A stretch of DNA of 64,000 nt, from positions 755,627 to 819,626 of the forward strand of contig CAWGNS010000008.1 of assembly GCA_963824095.1 (NCBI GenBank). Reading direction: 5' to 3'. Below, piece by piece: positions 59,780 to 64,000 of this stretch. Position 1 is the stretch's first letter; each line of letters begins with the position of its first letter. The notes beneath the pieces are model-generated. The model did not search any database, had not been told where the DNA came from, and saw only the letters and a program-made list of their open reading frames with translations. The DNA comes from Terriglobia bacterium. GTDB lineage: Bacteria; Acidobacteriota; Terriglobia; Bryobacterales; UBA6623. A program made the translations under genes and the position numbers.

Positions 59780-61383
59780 AGCTTACGGGGCTGGCCTGTA
59801 TCCTTCTGGCGGCGGCGACGGCCTCGCCGGCCCAGGTGACCTACGAGCGGTTGTTGCACGCCGACAAGGAGCCCGGCAACTGGCTGACCTACAACGGCGC
59901 CTATCACAGCCGGCACTTCAGCACGCTGAACCAGATCACGCGCGAGAACGTCGGCGACCTCGAGTTGAAGTGGGTGTTTCAGGCGCAGTCGCTCGAAAAG
60001 TTCGAATCGACGCCGCTGGTGGTCGATGGTGTGATGTACGTCGTGCAGATGCCGGACGATGTGGTGGCGCTCGATGCGCGTACCGGCCGCACGTTCTGGA
60101 AATACGAGCACGTGCTGCCCAAGACCATCAACGTCTGCTGCGGGCGCATCAACCGCGGCCTGGCGATCCTCGGCGACCGGCTGTTTCTGGCGACCATCGA
60201 CGGCCAGTTGATCGCGCTCGACGCCAAGACCGGGGCCGTTGCGTGGAAGAAGCAGATCGTCGACCCGACCGGCGGCTATTCGCTCACGGTTGCGCCGCTG
60301 GTGGTCAAGGACAAGATTCTTCTCGGCAGCGCCGGCGGTGAGTATGGCATCCGCGGTTTTCTCGACGCCTATGACGCCAAGACCGGCGAGCGCGTCTGGC
60401 GCTTCAACACGATTCCGGGGCCCGGCGAGCCCGGCCACGAGACCTGGAGCGGCGATGCCTGGCAGCACGGCGGCGGCTCGGTCTGGCTCACCGGCAGCTA
60501 CGATCCCGAGCTCAACCTCACTTACTGGGGCGTCGGCAATCCTTCCCCGGATTGGAACTCCGACGTGCGGCCCGGCGACAACCTCTACACTGACTCGGTG
60601 CTGGCGATCGATCCGGACACGGGCAAATTGAAGTGGCACTACCAATTCACGCCGCACGATTCGTATGACTACGACTCGGTGCAGATTCCGGTGCAGGCCG
60701 ATATCCAATTCCAGGGGCGCGACCGCAAGGTTCTGTTGTGGGGCAACCGCAACGGATTTTTCTACGTGATCGATCGCGTCAGCGGCGAGTTCCTGCTCGG
60801 CAAGCCGTTCGTGAAAGTGACCTGGGCCGACGGGCTCGACGAGAAGGGCCGGCCCAAACGGCGCGCCGACGCCGAGCCTTCCCACGAAGGAACGCGCGTC
60901 TACCCGGCTGTGCAGGGCGCGACCAACTGGTATGCGCCTTCGTTCAGCCCCAAGACCGGGCTGTTCTATCTTTCCGCTTGGGAATACTCGAGCATCTATC
61001 ACAAAGGCGACCCGACCTATACCCGCGGCAACCGCTTCATCGGAAGCCTGCCGGAAGGCATCTGGCCCGATCCGGTGAACGATGAGGTGCCCGGATACGG
61101 CGCGGTGTTGGCCATCGACCCGCAGACCGGCGAGAAGGAATGGGAGTTCACCCTGAGCCGCGCCACCGAGAGCGGCTTGCTCTCTACTGACGGCGACGTG
61201 CTGTTTGGCGGCAGCCGCGAAGGCTACTTTTTCGCGCTCGACCCCCACAACGGCAAGCTGTTGTGGCGGGTGAGCCTGGGCGGCGTGATTGCCAATTCGA
61301 CCATCACCTACCTGGTGGGCAGCAAACAATACGTTTCGGTCGCCTCGGGGAATTCGCTGTTCACCTTCGGACTCAGGGACTAG
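59776..61383 (+). CDS. PQQ-dependent dehydrogenase, methanol/ethanol family
   Basis: Signal peptide; ESTPLVVDG, vicinal CC (VCCGRINRG), GGEYGIRG, GGGSVW, GNPSP, TPHDSYDYD, GATNW. Confidence 0.92.
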   Translation: MKLTGLACILLAAATASPAQVTYERLLHADKEPGNWLTYNGAYHSRHFSTLNQITRENVGDLELKWVFQAQSLEKFESTPLVVDGVMYVVQMPDDVVALDARTGRTFWKYEHVLPKTINVCCGRINRGLAILGDRLFLATIDGQLIALDAKTGAVAWKKQIVDPTGGYSLTVAPLVVKDKILLGSAGGEYGIRGFLDAYDAKTGERVWRFNTIPGPGEPGHETWSGDAWQHGGGSVWLTGSYDPELNLTYWGVGNPSPDWNSDVRPGDNLYTDSVLAIDPDTGKLKWHYQFTPHDSYDYDSVQIPVQADIQFQGRDRKVLLWGNRNGFFYVIDRVSGEFLLGKPFVKVTWADGLDEKGRPKRRADAEPSHEGTRVYPAVQGATNWYAPSFSPKTGLFYLSAWEYSSIYHKGDPTYTRGNRFIGSLPEGIWPDPVNDEVPGYGAVLAIDPQTGEKEWEFTLSRATESGLLSTDGDVLFGGSREGYFFALDPHNGKLLWRVSLGGVIANSTITYLVGSKQYVSVASGNSLFTFGLRD

Positions 61384-61445
61384 CCAACCGCGCCGCATTG
61401 GCACGCGGTTTCGTGGAACTCGCCCCGCGGACCGGGGCCGGGAAG

Positions 61446-64000
61446 CTATTCGCTCTCCAGACCGGGGATCTTACTCTTGGGCAGAAACCAGCCGTAGAGG
61501 GCCGGCAGCACCAGTAGCGTCAGGATCGTCGAGCTGACCAGCCCGCCGATCACGACCGTCGCCAGCGGGCGTTGAATCTCGGCGCCGATCGAGGTTGCCG
61601 TGGCCATCGGCAGGAAGCCAAGACTCGCCAGAAGGGAAACCATCAGCACGGGCCGCAGGCGGGTGACCGCTCCCTCGATGGTTGCTTCGCGCAGCGGCCG
61701 GCCGCGGTCAAGCAGGGAGTTCGTGGTCGAGACCAGCACCAGCCCGTCGAGTACGGCCACGCCGAAAACCGCGATGAAGCCGATCGAGGCCGACACGTTC
61801 AGATTCATCCCGCGCAGCCAGAGGGCGGCGATGCCTCCAACCATGGTGAAGGGGACCACCAGTAGCACCAGCAGCGATTGCTTGGCCGACTGGAAGGTCG
61901 AAAACAGCAGGATGAAAATCACCAACAGCACGGCCGGCAACACCAGCATCAGCCGCTGCATGGCGCGCTGCTGGTTCTCAAACTGGCCACCCCAGTCAAT
62001 GTAGTAGCCGGTGGGTAGTTTGACGGCCTGGTCGATGCGTCGTTGGGCCTCGGCGACAAAACTACCCATGTCCCGGCCGCGGACGTTGCATTGCACCACG
62101 ATACGGCGCTGGCTGTCTTCCCGCTGTACGACCTCGGGCCCGCTGGTGCGGTGAATCTCGGCCACACTCTCCAGCGGCACCTGTTCGCCGCCCGGGGCGG
62201 TGAGCAGGATGCTTCCCAGCGCCTCTTGATCCTTGCGATAGTCCTGCGGCAGGCGCACCACAATCTGAAAGCGCCTGCGGCCATCGATCAGCTCGGTTAC
62301 CGGCTTGCCGCCCACCGCCGCCTGAACCACGTCGCGCACGTCGGAAACATTCAGGCCATAGCGAGCCAGTTCGTCGCGATTGACGACCACCTGCCACTCC
62401 GCGGCGCCCGAAAACACCTGCTTCTGCGTGTCCGCGGCTCCGGGTACCTGGCCGAGAACGCGTAACACCTCGTCGGCCTTGCGGTCCAGGATGTGTTCGT
62501 CGGGCCCGAAGATCTTGACGGCGATGTCGGCCCGCACGCCCGATATGGTCTCGTCCAGCCGCATCGCCATCGGTTGCGTGAAGTTGTAGACGACGCCGGG
62601 AATCTTGCTCAACTCGCCCGCCATGGCCTCGGTTAGCCCTTCCTTGGTGCTCGCGGTGGTCCATTCCGCGTGCGGCTTGAGGTTTACATACACGTCGCTT
62701 TCGTAGATTCCCATCGCTTCGGTGGCGAGATCGGGCCGGCCCAGCTTGCTGACCACGCCGGTTACCTCCGGAAACGTCAGCAGGGCGCGCTCGACATCGA
62801 GACCGATATCGACCGACTCGGGCAACGAGATGCTGGGCAGCCGCAGCGTTTGAACCAGCACGGAGCCTTCGTCGAGCCGCGGCATGAACTCGGTGCCGAT
62901 GAAGTGAACCGATCCGATCGCGACGAGGACCATCACCAGGCCAAGGGAGACGACAGCCCCACGGTGATCGAGAACGCGATCCAGGACGCGTTGGTAGAAC
63001 ATCCTGAGGCGATCCATGTACGGCTCCCGGGACTCCTTGGTGCGGTGGCCCAACAGCAGCCGCGAAGCGGCCGGCACCACGGTCAATGTCAACGCCAGCG
63101 AGCCCAGCAACGCCGCACAAACGGTGACCGCCATGGGGCGATACATGCGGCCCTCGAGGCCTTGGAGACTCAGGATTGGCACATAGACGGCGACGATGAT
63201 TCCCACGCCCATCAGGATCGGACGGGCGACCTCGTGTGCAGCGGAGCGTACCAGGCCGAGGCTTTCCTCCTTGCTCAAGGGTGTATCGTGGCTCGGACGC
63301 GAATGCAGCCGCCTCACGTAGTTCTCGACCATGATCACCGCGCCGTCGACGATCATGCCGAAATCGATCGCCCCCAGGCTCATGAGGTTTGCAGTGATAT
63401 CGAAGCGGCGCATGCCCAGAAAGGCAACCAGCATCGCCAGCGGAATCACCGCGGCCACGACCAGTGCGGCGCGCAGGCTGCCCAGGAACAGGAACAGAAT
63501 CACCAGAACGAGCGCTCCCCCCTCGAGCAGATTGTTGCGGACGGTGCGGATCGTGCCATCGATGACGTCGGACTGGTCATAGAAGGGAACGATACTCACG
63601 CCTTTGGGAAGCGTGTTGCGGATACCCTGCAAGGCCTGCTTGACCCGTTCGATGACGGTCTTGCTATTCTGCCCCTTGAGCATGATCACCATGCCCGACA
63701 CCGTTTCTCCGCGCCCGTCGCGCGTGACGGCGCCCTGCCGCGGCATGGGTCCGACCTGGACCTTGGCCACGTCGCGCAGATAGACGGCGGTGCCCTGGTG
63801 CGCCGCCAGCACGATGGACTCCAGGTCTTTCTCGGATTCCACGCGGCCGAGTCCGCGCACGGTGTACTGCTCGGAGGCGTGCTCCACGAACCCGCCGCCG
63901 AAGTTGTCGTTGTTGTCGCGGACGCGCTGAAATACGTCGCGCAGCGTCAGCCCGTGGGCCCGCAGGCGGTATGGGTCGACCTCGATTTCGTATTGCCGGG
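61446..64000 (-). CDS. CusA/CzcA family heavy-metal efflux RND permease (5' truncated by window)
   Basis: ANLMSLGAIDFGMIVDG, GTEFMPRLDEG, WGGQFEN, RLRPVLM, GAEIQRPLATVVIGG; frame stays open to the window end. Confidence 0.95.
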   Translation of the reverse strand, partial: RQYEIEVDPYRLRAHGLTLRDVFQRVRDNNDNFGGGFVEHASEQYTVRGLGRVESEKDLESIVLAAHQGTAVYLRDVAKVQVGPMPRQGAVTRDGRGETVSGMVIMLKGQNSKTVIERVKQALQGIRNTLPKGVSIVPFYDQSDVIDGTIRTVRNNLLEGGALVLVILFLFLGSLRAALVVAAVIPLAMLVAFLGMRRFDITANLMSLGAIDFGMIVDGAVIMVENYVRRLHSRPSHDTPLSKEESLGLVRSAAHEVARPILMGVGIIVAVYVPILSLQGLEGRMYRPMAVTVCAALLGSLALTLTVVPAASRLLLGHRTKESREPYMDRLRMFYQRVLDRVLDHRGAVVSLGLVMVLVAIGSVHFIGTEFMPRLDEGSVLVQTLRLPSISLPESVDIGLDVERALLTFPEVTGVVSKLGRPDLATEAMGIYESDVYVNLKPHAEWTTASTKEGLTEAMAGELSKIPGVVYNFTQPMAMRLDETISGVRADIAVKIFGPDEHILDRKADEVLRVLGQVPGAADTQKQVFSGAAEWQVVVNRDELARYGLNVSDVRDVVQAAVGGKPVTELIDGRRRFQIVVRLPQDYRKDQEALGSILLTAPGGEQVPLESVAEIHRTSGPEVVQREDSQRRIVVQCNVRGRDMGSFVAEAQRRIDQAVKLPTGYYIDWGGQFENQQRAMQRLMLVLPAVLLVIFILLFSTFQSAKQSLLVLLVVPFTMVGGIAALWLRGMNLNVSASIGFIAVFGVAVLDGLVLVSTTNSLLDRGRPLREATIEGAVTRLRPVLMVSLLASLGFLPMATATSIGAEIQRPLATVVIGGLVSSTILTLLVLPALYGWFLPKSKIPGLESE

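Noticed and set aside
61399-61414. Sigma54-like TGGCACG
   Set aside because: The -12 element reads TTCG, not TTGC; it lies in a hairpin between convergent genes with nothing to transcribe.

Overview
High-GC bacterial chromosome segment, most consistent with Acidobacteriota (Bryobacterales/Solibacter-like), inferred from the acidobacterial VWA protein, the TIGR03437-type C-terminal domain and the CRTAC1/ASPIC-UnbV proteins. It is mostly core genome: ppdK, glyQS, recO, transaldolase, lpdA, S41 protease, the acyP-apt-ispE-prs-rplY-pth-rpsF-rpsR-rplI cluster, clpS and rnr. Accessory genes include GH97, methyltransferases, an Nramp transporter, a radical SAM/DedA operon, a lower Weimberg-type pentonate module, a ParDE toxin-antitoxin pair, a di-haem cytochrome c with a PQQ dehydrogenase, and a partial CusA/CzcA pump. 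tRNA-Arg(TCT) at 3762-3838 borders a probable island carrying a decayed integrase-core transposase. Five REP-like repeat families fill the intergenic gaps. Two genes (glyQ and a TPR/VCBS protein) are split by single-base insertions, probably assembly errors. The most novel-looking signal is in the 1.4 kb gap between lpdA and acyP: a consensus-spaced sigma54 promoter driving a leaderless 51-aa membrane peptide, followed by two homologous hairpins with C-rich loops, converging on a 44-aa basic microprotein. No CRISPR array or rRNA was seen. All calls are by-eye motif recognition; no database searches were run.
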